This document shows, piece by piece, positions 26,789 through 40,396 of a stretch of 64,000 bases of DNA (the first letter of the stretch is position 1; each line of letters starts with the position of its first letter). The notes beneath the pieces were generated by a model. It did no database searches and had not been told where the DNA came from. It saw only the letters and a program-made list of their open reading frames with translations. Both the position numbers and the translations under genes were made by a program. The stretch is from positions 17,794,001-17,858,000 of the forward strand of contig NC_043015.1 of the NCBI RefSeq assembly GCF_006345805.1. Reading direction: 5' to 3'. This DNA comes from Octopus sinensis (lineage: Eukaryota).

Positions 26789-28024
26789 TGAGTGCTGAAA
26801 AGTTCCTGGCTTTGGGTAAAAGAAAATAAAGGAGGATCAGTTAATTATGCTTTTATTCAAAATAATCCCCTTCTCAGTTTTTCTAAGCCCTATAAAAAGA
26901 ACTCAGAAGATTGGACTTTCAACCAGGCCTCTGAAGCTGTGATCACTTCCAAATCAGAGTGAAATTTCATTCCCTTGAGATGTTACTTCAGTTGTGGAAA
27001 GAAGTGATAGTTGGAGAGGAATGTGGGTTGTCTATCAATTCAAAGCCAAGGTCACATATTTTCTGTAGAGTTTCATGTGCTGTGTATGCTGGTTCAGTGA
27101 CTTGCAAAAACAAGACACCATGGCTTAGCTTTCCACAGCATTTCTGTTTCAAATCTTCAAGCAGTTCGTCCAACACAGACATGTAGTCTTCTGCATTGAT
27201 GGTGCAACCCTTTGGCAGGTATTTTACAAGGAGGAGTACTCTATGTTCTAGAACATAGAGTTCTTTGTCCTAGAACACTGAAGCCAGAATCTTTCCATAT
27301 GACTTCTGAGCCTAAAACTTATTGGGATATTGTGAACTCCTATGGCACCACTCCACTGATTGCTGCTTGGTCTTGGAATCAAATTAAGGAAGCCAAGTTT
27401 CATCCATGGTGACTAAATGAGCCATAAAATCAGCCTTTCACGCTAAAAACTGGTCCAAAATTGCCTTTGATGTTGTCATTCTGATGTTCTTCTTATCTGC
27501 ATTCAGGCATTTCAGAACCCATTTTGCAGAAAGCTTTCTCATGTCCACAATGTTGTGAATAATGTGGCCAACTCTTTCACAGGATATCCCCAGAGTCTCA
27601 GCCATGATTTTAGCTGAAATCTGGTAACCCTCAAAAATCATGACATGTACAGCATCAACTTTGTCGTGGAAGTTAGCTGTCCTGACTAAGGTTGATCTGT
27701 GACTACAAAATGACCAGTCTAAAACCTTGACAACTAGATTTTCACTGTGGAGTAAGATGGGCAGTCATCCTTCATTACATCATGGATTTCTGCCACTCTT
27801 TTGCCTTGCAAAAAGAGAAACTTCATAACTGCCTGTGCTTAAATTTTACCAAAATCCACTATAGGAGCTGCCATTTCATGTTAAGTTAGCAAAAATGAGA
27901 AAGATACATTATATATCATCATGATTTTAAGTATATCTTCTCCTAAATAGTTGTCCAAACTCCCCTGTAAAGGTAATGGTTATATCCTTTGCAATACCCT
28001 TAAAGCCAGGAATTTTTCAGCTCT
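26789..28024 (-). mobile_element. Mariner-family transposon remnant
   Basis: TIRs GAGTGCTGAAAAGTTCCTGGCTTT / AAAGCCAGGAATTTTTCAGCTCTC; minus ORFs with MRKLSAKWVLKCL and LIDNPHSSP. Confidence 0.85.
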
Positions 28025-28245
28025 CACTACCTTGTACATACATACATAATATGTTACACATATGTCCTTTATCACACCTCATGTGTTAGGCTGCATTTTT
28101 CCACAGGTGAAAGGGTTTTGTGCAGCACCACATAATACCAAACAGTAAAGTCTTTGGATATGTCTCTATGAGATGTGGCATGTTCAAGTCATATATTCAT
28201 GAATATGTATATATAAACATGTATATACATCTCTCTCTCTCTCTG

Positions 28246-28284
<39 letters not shown>

Positions 28285-28569
28285 GTCCTGAGAGGATAGA
28301 AAGATAGGGTATATCCAATGCAGCACTGAGTTTTAGGCTATCTACACCATCAGATTCCAGACTAATATTGAAATTCTTCAGGTGTTGAAAAACTGGCTTT
28401 CACAATGGTAAGCCTGTTGTGTAGGATTTGCAAAAAGTGAAATATAATCCAAATAAGAGCACAAAGAAAGACTTTAACTCATCTTTAATCAAGTGTTAAA
28501 TGGTGATGATTTATTGTGTATGTGTGTGTGTGCATGTGCACACACACAAATGCAAGTTGTTACCTTGCC

Positions 28570-28800
28570 TTTATGCAAGCATGGTTAAGAAGTTTGCTTC
28601 CCAACCACATGAACTGAAGTTCAATCATTCTTTCCAATATTCAGTGAAAGCACCTCTGACAATGGGATAGTGTTATCTTACTTGGAAGCAGGTGAAGGTT
28701 GGCAGCAGAAAGAGCATCCAATCATAGAAAATCTCACTCAATGAATTCCATCTAGCCCATTTGAGTGTAGAAAGATGAACATTAAAATGTTGATTAGGAT
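28570..28800 (+). mobile_element. Degenerate tRNA-headed SINE with RTE-like tail
   Basis: TGGTTAAGAAG..GTTCAATC A/B-box-like head; tail resembles the RTE 3' end at 31200-31350. Confidence 0.55.
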
Positions 28801-28836
28801 TATCTATGTATGTATGCGTGTGTGTATGTGTGTGTG

Positions 28837-29090
28837 TATTTCTGTATATATAGACTACAACCTAAGTATTTCTGTATATATAGACTACAACCTAAGTATT
28901 TCTGTATATATAGACTACAACCTAAGTATTTCTGTATATATAGACTACAACCTAAGTATATATATTTCTGTATATATAGACTACAACCTAAGTATTTCTG
29001 TATATATAGACTACAACCTAAGTATATATATTTCTGTATATATAGACTACAACCTAAGTATTTCTGTATATATAGACTACAACCTAAGTA
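28837..29090. repeat. 30-bp minisatellite, about 8 copies
   Basis: Unit TATTTCTGTATATATAGACTACAACCTAAG; two units have an extra TATATA. Confidence 0.95.
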
Positions 29091-29906
29091 TGTGGCTTAG
29101 TTGTTAGAGTATTTGGCTCACAATTGTAAGGTCATGAGTTTGATTCCCAGCTGCATATTATGTCCTTGAGCAAAACACTTTATTTCACATTGTTTCAGTC
29201 CATCCAGCTGGCAATCCTTGTCTCATGCATTTCCTTTCCATTCCATTCCTTTGATAACCAATGATGCATTGCTAAAGCTAAGATTTTCTTGTTGTTTTTT
29301 TTATCTTTCGTACATTCTAACACTTTAAATGTATTATTTACTAACAGCTAGTTTTCATGAGCTAACCATTGAAAATGTCCCCTCAAAATATATAATTTTG
29401 TCTCTCATCTAATTTCATTAAATAATTATCGTTTCTTGGTCAGTTCAATTTCATTATTATTACCATTATTTTTTATCCCTCTTACTATGTCCTCTAACTA
29501 AACTTTGTTTGCTAACCTTTGAAAATGTCCCCTCAAGATATAATTTTATCTCTCATGTACTTTCGGTAAGATAATTACTTGCTTCTCAGTCTGTTTCATT
29601 TCATTATTATTACCAGTATTTTCAACCTTCGTACCATATCCCCAAACCAAACTCACTTCCGGTTGCAGCTTATCTACTTACAAACCTTCTCATGAGTTCC
29701 CCTTCCATTCCATTCCTTCGACAACCAATGATGCGTTGCTAAAGCTAAGATTTTCTAATTTTTTTCGATCTTTCATACATTCATTTGCCCTTAACACTTT
29801 AAATGTATAACTTACTAACAGCTAGTTTTCATGAGCTCGCCATTGAATATGTCTCCTCAAAATATAATTTTATCTCTCATGTAATTTTGTTAAGATAATT
29901 ATTTGC

Positions 29907-31353
29907 ATGTAGCAAAGACCAAAGTTATAGTAAGCAGAAAGGCGAACTCAGCACACACCCCCTCGGCCAGGTGGCCCTGCTCGATCTGTAGAAAAGGTGT
30001 AGGTAGAAACTCCATAAGATGCACCCAATGTAAGCTATGGACGCATAAGAGGTACAGCAACATCAAAGGGAAATTAACTGATAAGATAGCTTTCATGTGC
30101 GGCAGATGCACAGGAACAATAGACACCACAGACACTCAGAAAACAGATTCCATCACACTCCAGGGGAGAAACTAGAAGTAGTTGATAGTTTCTGCAACTT
30201 GGGTGACCAAGTTAGTAGTGGAGGTGGATGCTCAGAGTGTCACCACTAGAATACGAATAGCCTGGGCAAAGTTCAGAAAGCTCCTACCCCTACTGGTGAC
30301 AAAGGGTCTCTCGCTCAGAGTGAAAGGTAGATTGTATGATGCATGTGTGCGAACTGCTATGCTTCACGGTAGTGAAACATGGGCTGTGACTGCAGAGGAC
30401 ATGTGTAGACTTGAAAGAAACGAAGCTAGCATGATCCGCTGGATGTGTAATGTCAGTGTGCACGCACGACAGAGTGTAAGCACCCTGAGAGAAATGCTGG
30501 ACATAAGAAGCATCAGATGTGGTGTGCAAGAGCGACGCTTGTGATGGTATGGTCATGTACTGCGGATGGATGAGGAGAGATGTGTGAAGAAGTGCCACTC
30601 CCAAATAGTTGAAGGTATCAGGGGGAGAGGTAGACCCAGGAAGACATGGGATGAGGTAGTCAAGCATGACCTCAGAGCGTTGGCCCTCACTGAGGCAATG
30701 GCGAAGGACCGAGATCTCTGGAGATATGCTGTGACTGGAAAGACCCAGGCTGTTTCCTGCACCAGTTCCACATAGCCCCCTGCCCATTCAAAGTACCCTG
30801 GATCCCGGAACATCTCGCTGTGCTTGAGGAGACCTGTTGAGTCAAGTACATGAACATGAACATCGAAATAAATATCAATAGAAATAGTAGTTGTGATACC
30901 TGTGCCGGTGGCACATAAAAAGCACCATCCATATGTGGCCGTTGTCAGCGCCGCCTCGACTGGCTTCTGTGCCGGTGGCACATAAAAAGCACCATCCGAA
31001 CATGGCCATTGCCAGTGCCGCCTTGGCTGGCTTCTGTGCCGGTGGCACATAAAAAGCACCATCTGAACATGGCCGTTGCCAGTGCCGCCTTCGCTGGCTT
31101 CCGTGCTGGTGGCACGTTAAAAGCTCCAACCGATCGTGGTTGATGCCGGACTCCCCTGGCACCTGTGCAGGTGGCACGTAAAAAGCACCCACTACACTCG
31201 CAGAGTGGTTGGCGTTAGGAAGGGCATCCAGCTGTAGAAACTGTCAGATCAAACTGGAGCCCGGTGCAGCCCCTGGCTTCCCAGACCCCGGTCGAACCGT
31301 CCAACCCGTGCTAGCGTAGAAAACGGACGTTAAACGATGATGATGATGATGAT
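29907..31353 (+). mobile_element. 5'-truncated RTE-clade LINE with 59-bp 3' UTR repeats and (GAT)n tail
   Basis: C-terminal ORF pieces (KGRLYDACVRTAMLHGSETW, RLxWYGHV, GRGRPRKTW); ends ACGTTAAAC(GAT)n; interrupts a local repeat (29220-29900, 31354-31430). Confidence 0.9.
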
Positions 31354-32289
31354 CTTGTCTGTTTAATTTCATTATTATTACCATTATTTTCGTCCCACTT
31401 ACTATGTCCCCTAACTAAACTTTGTTTGTAGTGCGCCTGCCCCCACCAGATATCTCTTTCTTACCACCATCTACACGGGATATCTCTCTCCCCTCCCACC
31501 ACCATTACTTGATGTCTATTCTCCCAAACCCTCCTCCTCACTGAGCTGTTCTCTATATATTACCTGCACTCTTTCTCTCTCTCCTGGAACAAATGCAACT
31601 AGCCCAGCTGCCCACCTACCCACCTACTTAACTGGCTATCTTTCATTTCGTCCTGTCTAGAAATTTGTCACAACCATTATCAGATGTCTCTTCTCTCAAT
31701 CCCCCTTCCTCACTGGTGCTGTTTCCTATATTACCTGCACTCTCTCTTTCTCTCTCTCCCTCTCTTGCTCTCTCTCTACTAGGACAAATACAACCAGGTT
31801 ATCTGCCCACCTGCTTAACCGGCTATCTTTCATTTTTGTTCCATCTAGAAACATGCCAACAACTACCCAGGAATTTTCCTTGGCCTTATAAAGTGAAGGA
31901 GAAAGTTATTCAGCTGTCCATGTATGCTTGCTCCTGCATGTGGGTGTGTTTGTGCGTATGTAGAGATGAGCTTGTTTCCTCTCTCTCTGTCTGAACCCTT
32001 CCCCACTGGTGGTACCCTCCATCATACCTGCAATCCCCCTCTTCCTGGACAAACACAACCAGTTTTAACTGACTTCCTACCTAATCTAACATTGGAATAT
32101 CCATAATTTACTATACCGCTTAAATTTACATTATTCGATGACAATAATGCTTCTGCTTACAATGCTGCTAACACCTGCTCCTTCCTCCAGTAGGGACAAC
32201 AATCTTAACATGTTTGAATGTTGTTAGGTTGCAAGTGAGAACAGGTGAAGCATGTCTAAAAAACGAACAACCTCTCTCTTCTTTTCAGG

Positions 32290-35200
32290 TGCTGAATAAC
32301 ATCTCTCCTTCCCAAGCCTCACTCCACATTCCCTTCCCAGTTTTCATAGCTGGCACTGTCATTGTAGGCACACTGAAAGGTAGGTCTAGTGAGATTGTAG
32401 AGATGCTTGAAATGAGACGAGTTAATATATGCTGCATACAAGAGGTTAGATGGAGAGGGGCTTCAGCCAGAGCCCTCACAGGCAAGGCACATAGGCATAA
32501 AGTCTTCTGGCAAGGTAACATGAAAGGAGTAGGGGGTGTAACCATACTCCTTGTGGAGAAATGGGTGGATAAGGTCATAGAGGTTGTCAGGGTATGTGAT
32601 AGAGTCCTTAAGCTCAGGTTAGTCCTGCAGAACATCACAGCTACAATTATCTCTGCCTACATCCCACAAGCGGGGCTACCAAATGATCAGAAGGACCATT
32701 TTTATGATATCCTTCTACAGACTGCCTCAAAGACAAGTGGCAACGACCTCATCTTTGTGGCTGGAGATCGGGAATCTGGTATCTTCCATGGTGTACATAG
32801 GGGCCATGGTTTTGGTTCTTGGAACGATGAGGAAACTAGTTTACTGGAGTTCTGTGATGCATGTAACATTTTAATCTGTAACACTAAGTTCAGACATCCA
32901 CCTGATAACCTATTAATCATGGGACTCTGCTAATCAGATTCATTTCATCCACACCAGACAGCAGGACACAGGGCTGCTCTTAAATCCAAAAAGCTTCCCA
33001 GGCGTAGAATGCACACCCCAGCATGGACTAGTCATTACTGACTTTTGACTCAAGACTAGGAGGATGCTAAGAAACAGACCAATCCAGAAGAGAAGGATTT
33101 GGAAGCTAAAGAACCCTTCACATGGTCAGAGATTTAGGGACTTCCTCATCAAGAAGTTTGATGAGACGGAGGAGGAATTACAGTCCTCGGACATGGAAGG
33201 TAGCTGGAAATTCTTATGGGACAGCTTACTGAGTGCCATAGACCAAGTCTGCAGATGGCGCAAAGTCCCTTCCAGACCTAGAGTTACGTGGTGGTGGAAT
33301 AATACAGTAGACAAAGCCATCAGAGCAAAGAAACAGGCCTGGAAAGCATGGAAGGGTGGGAGTAGCAGGGAACCGTACCAGATAGCCAAAAGGGAGACTG
33401 GGCAACAGGTATACATAGCCAAGAGCGAAGCAGAAAAGAGGTTTGCCAGTGTCCAGCGATGTGAGGACCAAAGAACTGAGGTATTTTGGTTTGCAAGACA
33501 GTGTGTGAGAGAAAATTGTGATGTCACAGGCAAGAAATGTGTCCGCAGGGATGATGGTGCACTTGCTTTCAATGATTCGGAAAGAAAGAGGCTTGGTGGA
33601 GCCATTATGAAAGCCTTAGAGAAAGACTTTGACAGGGTCCCCCGATCCCTTATCTGGTGGGCGATGCTGGAACTGGGGATTGACAAATGGTTAATAAGGG
33701 CTGATGACCTGGCCTTCATAGCTGAATCACTACCAGAACTAGAGAAGAAACTTCAGGTCTGGAAGCAAGGTTTAGAATCGAAGGGCCTTAGAGTCAATAT
33801 TGCATAGATCAAAGTTCTAGTGAGTAGGAAGGTGAACACATCATACACCCCTTCAGGTAGGTAGACATGCTTGATCTGTAGAAAAGGTGTAGGTAGAAAT
33901 TCCATAAGATGTACCCTGTGTACAAAAGAGGTGCAGCAACATCAGAGGAAGATTAACGGGGAAGATAGCTTTCACATACAGCAGATGGATAGGTGCAATA
34001 AACACTACAGATGCTCAGAAAACAGATTCCATTACACTCCAGGGGGAGAAACTAGAAGTAGTTGATAGCTTCCACTACCTATGTGACCAAGTCTCTAGTG
34101 GCAGGTGGATGCTCAGAGGGTGTTACCACTAGAATAAGAATAGCCTGGGCAAAGTTTAGAAAGCTTCTACCCCTACTGGTGAGAAAGGGCCTCTCGCTCA
34201 GAGTGAAAGGTAGATTGTATGATGCATGTGTGCGAACTGCCATGCTTCACGGTAGTGAAACATGGGCCATGACTGCGAAGGACATGCATAGGCTTGAAAG
34301 AAATGAAGCTCGCATGATCCGCTGGATGTGTAATGTCAGTGTGCCCACAAAAGAGTAAGCGCCCTGAGAGAAATGTTAGACATAAGAAGCATCGGATGTG
34401 GAGTGCAAGAGAGACGTTTGCGTTGGTATGGTCATGTACTACGGATGGATGAGGAGAGATGTGTGAAGTAGTGCCACTCCCAAATAGTTGAAGGTAGAGG
34501 TAGACCCAGGAAGACATGGGATGAGGTGGTTAAGCATGACCTTCAAAAGTTGAGTCTCACAGAGGCAATGACAAAATACAGAGGCCTCTGGAGGTATGAT
34601 GTGACTGAGAAAACCCGGCAAATAAAGTGAGTACACAGCTGCAGCCTACACCAGTATCGTAAAACCAGCCCACTCAAAAGTACCTTGGATCATAGGGTAA
34701 CATGCCATGCTTGAGGAGACCTATTGAGTCAAGTACATCAACATCACCAACATTGCTTAGTCTCTAAGCAATGTCACAACTTTAGGTGTCGACAAGGACA
34801 ATAACAAAAGCAACAGCAGTGACAGTGGTAGTAGCTCAGTGACAGCGGTGGCGGCATCAGCAACAACGGGAGCTGATTCCAACTGCATCAGCTGATTCCA
34901 TCAACAGCAGCAGTAACTACAGCGGCAACAGCAGCTCAATGATAGCAGCAGCTCAGTGAAAGCAGCAGTAATCCCAACTCGAGAACGACCTCCCAGAGGT
35001 GCTGGAGGTGCCAATTGACAAAGAACAGTTCTCAACCAACAGCTACTGGCTAAAAAAAAAAAAATGTTTCAACAACCCGAGACGTGATGGCTCCAGCCCC
35101 CCACCCCCGTCAACTTTTCAGGAGCCGCCTACCCAACTTTGCTGTTCCCCCACCATCTGCACATCCTAAGGAAGAGATGGCGGAGAGGCAGGTGGTGATT

Positions 35201-35580
35201 GAGGAGCAGCACTGACCAACTATGCAGCCGGTAGTTGCTAAACAACAACAACAACATCACCAACATCAAAATCAAACCAAATGGAAATCGTAGTTGTGAG
35301 CCTCATGCAGGTGGCACGTAAAAAGCACCATCCGAATGTGGCCGATGCCAGTGCCGCCTTGACTGGCTTCCATGCCAGTGGCACATAAAAATCACCATCC
35401 GCTTGTGGTCAATTCCAGCTCCTCTGGCCCCTTGTGCCGGTGGCACATAAAAAGCACCCACTACACTATTGGAGTGGTTGGCATCAGGAAGGGCACCCAG
35501 CTGCAGAAACACTGCCAGAACCGTCCAACCCATGCCAGCATGGAAAACAGATGTAAAACGATGATAATGATGATGATGAC
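32290..35580 (+). mobile_element. RTE-clade LINE with APE endonuclease and internally deleted RT
   Basis: CCIQEVRWRG, IISAYIPQ endonuclease motifs; LEKDFDRVP and ADDL RT remnants; same 3' UTR and (GAT)n tail as the 30-kb copy. Confidence 0.88.
34755..35251 (+). mobile_element. About 500-bp retroposed insertion with (CAA)n tail inside the RTE 3' UTR
   Basis: Flanked by direct repeat AACATCACCAACAT (about 34740-34754 and 35252-35265); ends GTTGCTAAA(CAA)n. Confidence 0.7.
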
Positions 35581-35703
35581 AATATATAGCTGCAGTCAAA
35601 TGACTGGAACAATTAAAAGTAAAATGTATATATTTATATATATGTGTATGTATAAAGTATGCATGTATATATTTATATATATGTGTGTGTATATGTATGT
35701 ATT

Positions 35704-35990
35704 GGGAGTGCATGACCTAGTGGTTAGGGTATTGGACTCACGATCATGAGACTGTGGTTTCAGTTCCTAGACCAGGTGGTGCGCAAGCAAAAGACTTCAT
35801 CTCGCGCCACTCTGTGATCACACCTGACACATGGTACACGGTGAAACTATTCAGGCAAGGTTGACTTGATGGAGAGAGTGAGCTAATCTATGGCACATAC
35901 ATTTGATCACGTTATACAAATCATTTGTGTCGGTTGTTTGGTAAAAAGCTGGACACTCATACCTCATCTTCGAAAAGAGAGACCATCATA
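35704..35990 (+). mobile_element. tRNA-derived SINE (related 3' half at 56380-56545)
   Basis: Head GACCTAGTGGTTAGGG..GGTTTCAGTTCC; body GGAGAGAGTGAGCTAAT..CACATACATTTGATCAC recurs at about 56430. Confidence 0.65.
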
Positions 35991-36020
35991 TGTATGCATA
36001 TATATATATATATATATATA

Positions 36021-36989
36021 CATCATCATCATCATCATCGTTTAACGTCCGTTTTCCATGCTACCACCGGTTGGATGGTTCAACCGGGGTCTGGGAAGCC
36101 AGAAGGCTGCACCAGGCTCCAGTCTGATCTGGCAGTGTTTCTACAGCTGGATGCCCTTCCTAATGCCAACCACTCCATGAGTAGTGGGTGCTTTTTATGT
36201 GCCTCCGGCACAGGGATCACAGCTGCAATTTCCATTGATTTTTTTATGTTGATGTACTTGACTCAATAGGTCTCCTCAAACAGAGGGTCGAAACGGTGTT
36301 TCTTTACTTGTCATCTGCACAGGAGTCAGTCCAACAGCACTGGCAATGGCCAAGTGCCAGTCATAAGATTTGGTTCAATTTCGATTTCACTTGCCCCAAC
36401 AGGTCTTCGCAAGCAGAGTTTAGTGTCCAATGAAGAGAGGTTGGCATGGGCGCCAGTCGACGGATGTGGTTTGATTTCAAATTCAGTTTCAATTTCACTT
36501 GCTTCAACAGGTCTTCACAAGCAGAGTTTTGTGTCCTAAGAAGGAAAGGTATACATAAGTGCGCTGACTACATCCCTGGCAAAGGCCACGGGTTATGGAC
36601 TCACTTGTCCTGCCGGGTCTTCTCACGCACAGCATATTTCCAAAGGTCTCGGTCACTAGTCATTGCCTCGGTGAGGCCTAATGTTCGAAAGTCGTGCTTC
36701 ACCACTTCGTCCCAGGTTTTCCTGGGTCTAACTCTTCCACAGGTTCCCTCAACCACTAGGGAGTGGCACTTTTTCACACACCTATCTTCATCCATTCTCG
36801 CCACATGACCATACCAGCGCAATCATCTCTCTTGCACACCACAACTGATGCTTCTTAGGTCCAACTTTTTTCTCAAAGTACTTACACTCTGTCGAGTATG
36901 TACACTGACATTACACATCCATCGGAGCATACTGGCTTCATTCCTTGCAAGCTTATGCATGTCCTCAGCAGTCACAGTCCATGTTTCAC

Positions 36990-36993
<4 letters not shown>
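36021..36993 (-). mobile_element. RTE-clade LINE 3' fragment
   Basis: (CAT)n tail at 36021; ORF 36601-36822 RWYGHVARMDEDRCVKKC..RPRKTW. Confidence 0.88.
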
Positions 36994-37020
<27 letters not shown>

Positions 37021-37413
37021 CTAGCATTAAAGACCCGTCGTTGCCGGGTCATGTATATATGTGTACATATTACATGTACATCTATATATATACATCTACA
37101 CATAAAATGCAAAATACAAAGTTATGTCTTGATATTGCTATATTGCTATACTCAAAATATATAACAGATTGAAATTGTTAGCTCTTATTTCTTTATTCAC
37201 CATACGGTTATACATATAAAGACAGAACATCACGAATGATTTTACATGAATATACGTTGGGGTCTATTAAAAATTTACAAATGATTATATAATTCGGATG
37301 ATAGGACATTTTTTACACAAACAATTTCACAGATGGAGTGGGGCGGGCTTACGGACCCCACGAACCCCGCCACGACACTGACCTTAGGTTTTTTTTTTCT
37401 TTTTTTTTCCGGC

Positions 37414-39398
37414 TTACCTCGCATTCATGAGGGTCCTTTTACTCACAACATTCTTCCATCTTTCATCGAACACTTTCTTACTCAGGCCCCTCCTCTCTAG
37501 TTCTATTTGTCTTTTTAGGTGGAATTGAAAATATTCCACCAGACTAGAACCAGAGATGAAGTTGCCTGCTATCACCCCTTTCATCCTCGTCTTCCATACT
37601 GCTTGTTTCGCAATTGAAACCACAGAGAGAAAACAATTCTTACCTTCTTTCGTTAAGAAATCCGGTGGGTCAATTTTTACAATGGATTCAGTCGATAGCT
37701 GTACTCTTCCTCCACTTGACAACAGTTGTTCGGCAAAAACCCACATGTCTGCCACCTCCAAGCACTGCACGACCGCGTGCCAGACGGTTTCCCTGTCTCG
37801 CCCACACCTCGGACAGGTCGGGCTGACTTGGCCACCGTGCCTTGCGAGTTTATCCCGAACAGGTAAGGCTCCTCGGTAACACTGCCAAGCCAAGGACTTC
37901 TGAAAATTATCCAGGATCCTCGGCCCAAATGTACGTTGGAACAGACTGGCCAGCTGATTATCGTCGAAACCTAGGGTTTCCCCTAACGTATCATCGCAAC
38001 CGGCCTCTACAAACCCTCTATAGAAAACAGCGGTAGAACCACTGCCGCAAGCATTGCCCGAGCGACGGAATAGTCGGAGTGCCTTGCGACACTCCGTATA
38101 CCATGTATCCAACTTCGATCTGCGATTATACCAGGCTTCCCGTCCACCAAAACTGGTGAACTTGGGAAACATCTGTTTCGCCAACGGAGACCACACCCGT
38201 TCACCATCCAGATGGAGCCATAGATGCCTTAACCTTAGCGCATTTCTGCGCATCATTAGCCACGGCATCCCTAGTCCACCCTTTAACGGTTTTTGACAAC
38301 AAACATAGCGTCTCACAAGTGGTTTCGAGCTCTTCCACAAAAAGTGAAAGAGCTGTCTTTCCAACTTGGTCAACCACGAATCCGGGCAAGGCACGACGGT
38401 AAGGCGGTAGGTGATCACCGATGCGATAAACACATTGGCTACCTCCGCCCTACCTTTCAGGGATATCCACCGCCAAGACCAGGTCTTGGCTACTGCAGCC
38501 ACCCTGCTCGATACCTCGCTCCAGTTCTTCTCTATTTGGAGGTCTGGTTCAAACCAAACCCCGAGCAACTTAATCGGACCCTCCGTCCAACGTCCCACGA
38601 CGCTGTCTGAAGGCATCGACTTGCCTCTCCAGGTGCCGAGTTGCAAGCCGACTGACTTTTCGCGATTAACTTTTGCTCCTGTCACCGTCTCGTAAACCTC
38701 TATGGCCTTGCCTACTTTACGTAGGAGGTCCACTTCAGTCACGATGATAGTGATGTCATCCGCGTACGCCGAAACCGACATTCCACGACCTGGCTGCCTC
38801 GGGATGCCACTCAGTTTTCGCAGCAGCGGCTCGAGAGCCACTACATACAAAAGCGGGGAGAGTGGGCATCCTTGACGAACGGAGCATTTGACTCTGAACG
38901 GCTTAGAAATAAAGCCGTTCACCCGAACTACCGAGTCGACGTTATCGTACATTTCGATGATCCACCTGAGGAAGCCAAGACCCAGGCCGAACTGAGCCAG
39001 AACAGACACCAGGTAATGATGGTCGACCCTATCGAAAGCTTTTGATTGGTCTAAATGGACCACTGCCCCTCCCTTGCCGGGATCGCTATTAATTCCCTCT
39101 ATAGTGTATCTGATTAGATGGAGATTATCCTGAATGGACCTGCCAGGTACGGCACACGTTTGTGCCTTCCCTATTAGTCCATCCGCGACACGCGCCAATC
39201 TGTTTGATAACACTTTGGCCAAAATCTTCAGCTCTGCGTTAAGCAGAGTGATGGGCCTAAAATTATCAATGACATCCCCCTTGTCCGGGTCCTTCCTGAT
39301 TAGTGTCACCACTCCCCGGCGCACAGATCTGGGAATAAACCCATTCTGCTGCCAGTTCGCGTAGACGTTCGCCAGTAAGTCCCCGAACAAGTCCGGCA
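37414..39398 (-). CDS. Tx1/L1 ORF2 C-terminal part: reverse transcriptase + zf-RVT
   Basis: NFRPITLLN, LDQSKAFDRV, VRQGCPLSPLLY, AYADD, CPRC..ETVWH..C; open for about 660 codons. Confidence 0.92.
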
Positions 39399-39916
39399 TC
39401 TCTTATTATAAAAGGCAGATTTTATCTGCCTCCCTTTCGGAGTTATACAAATCTACAATATAGGATTTCTTCAATTACAATTTACCTTGCATTTTTAAGA
39501 GTACAATGCATCGCGTCATGCCAGGTCCAGTTTTTAAAATTTAAACTCCAATTAAGCAAAATTTACAGAAAACTCACATTCTGGTGTGTGTGTCAAATGC
39601 TTTTCTTAGTCTGGTTTACAGCACACGCAAACGCACACACACAGTGGGCAACGAATAAAATGAAAGTAATTGACTTACTGTAGTGAGTGATTCTTTCACT
39701 CTGCCTCCCACTTCCTCTTTCAACACATAGACACGCAAATATATAAATAAAATTGTAAGCTAACGTGCGTGTGTGTGAGTGGGTGTGTGTGGGTGTGCGC
39801 GTGTGTGTGTGTGTGAGGGTGCGTGTGTGTGTGTGTGTGTGTGTGTGCGTGTGCGTGAGTGTGTGACAGGAAAGTTTTTTACGACGAATATAACACCTAT
39901 ATCCAAGTAGCAGAAA

Positions 39917-40396
39917 GATAAGACAGTAAGGTGTGATTTGAGGGAGATTTGGCTGCTATTTCTACCATGTCTAGCTGCCATGTAGGGGTCTCCCTCATAG
40001 GCTCATACATACATATATACATAGATAAGACAGTAAGGTGTGATTTGGAGGAAATTTGGCTGCTATTTCTACCAGGTCTAGCTGCCATGTAGGGGTCTCC
40101 CTCATAGGCTCATACATACATATATACATAGATAAGACAGTAAGGTGTGATTTGGGGGAAATTTGGCTGCTATTTCTACCAGGTCTAGCTGCCATGTAGG
40201 GGTCTCCCTCATAGGCTCATACATACATATATACATAGATAAGACAGTAAGGTGTGATTTGGGGGAAATTTGGCTGCTATTTCTACCAGGTCTAGCTACC
40301 ATGTAGAGGTCCCCCTCATTGGCTCATATATATATACATACATAAGACAGTAAGGTGTGATTTGAGGGAGATTTGGCTGCTGTTTCTACCAGGTCT
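39917..40396. repeat. 107-bp tandem repeat, about 4.5 copies, inside the Helitron
   Basis: Units start 39917, 40024, 40131, 40238 and about 40341. Confidence 0.93.

Noticed and set aside
28310-28360. Minus-strand CTGATGG..AAAC hammerhead-like motif
   Set aside because: Multiple core mismatches; cannot be supported.
28837-29090. 30-bp repeats as a CRISPR array or repeat protein (ORFs 28775-29107)
   Set aside because: Units are contiguous with no unique spacers, there are no cas genes and the context is eukaryotic; the ORFs are by-products of a minisatellite.
30895-31190. 59-bp spaced repeats (CCGGTGGCACATAAAAAGCACC) as CRISPR-like
   Set aside because: The intervening sequences are themselves homologous; this is the tandem repeat in the RTE 3' UTR, also at 35305-35460.
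39917-40396. Repeated 63-66 aa ORFs as a peptide gene array
   Set aside because: They follow directly from the 107-bp tandem repeat; no coding evidence.
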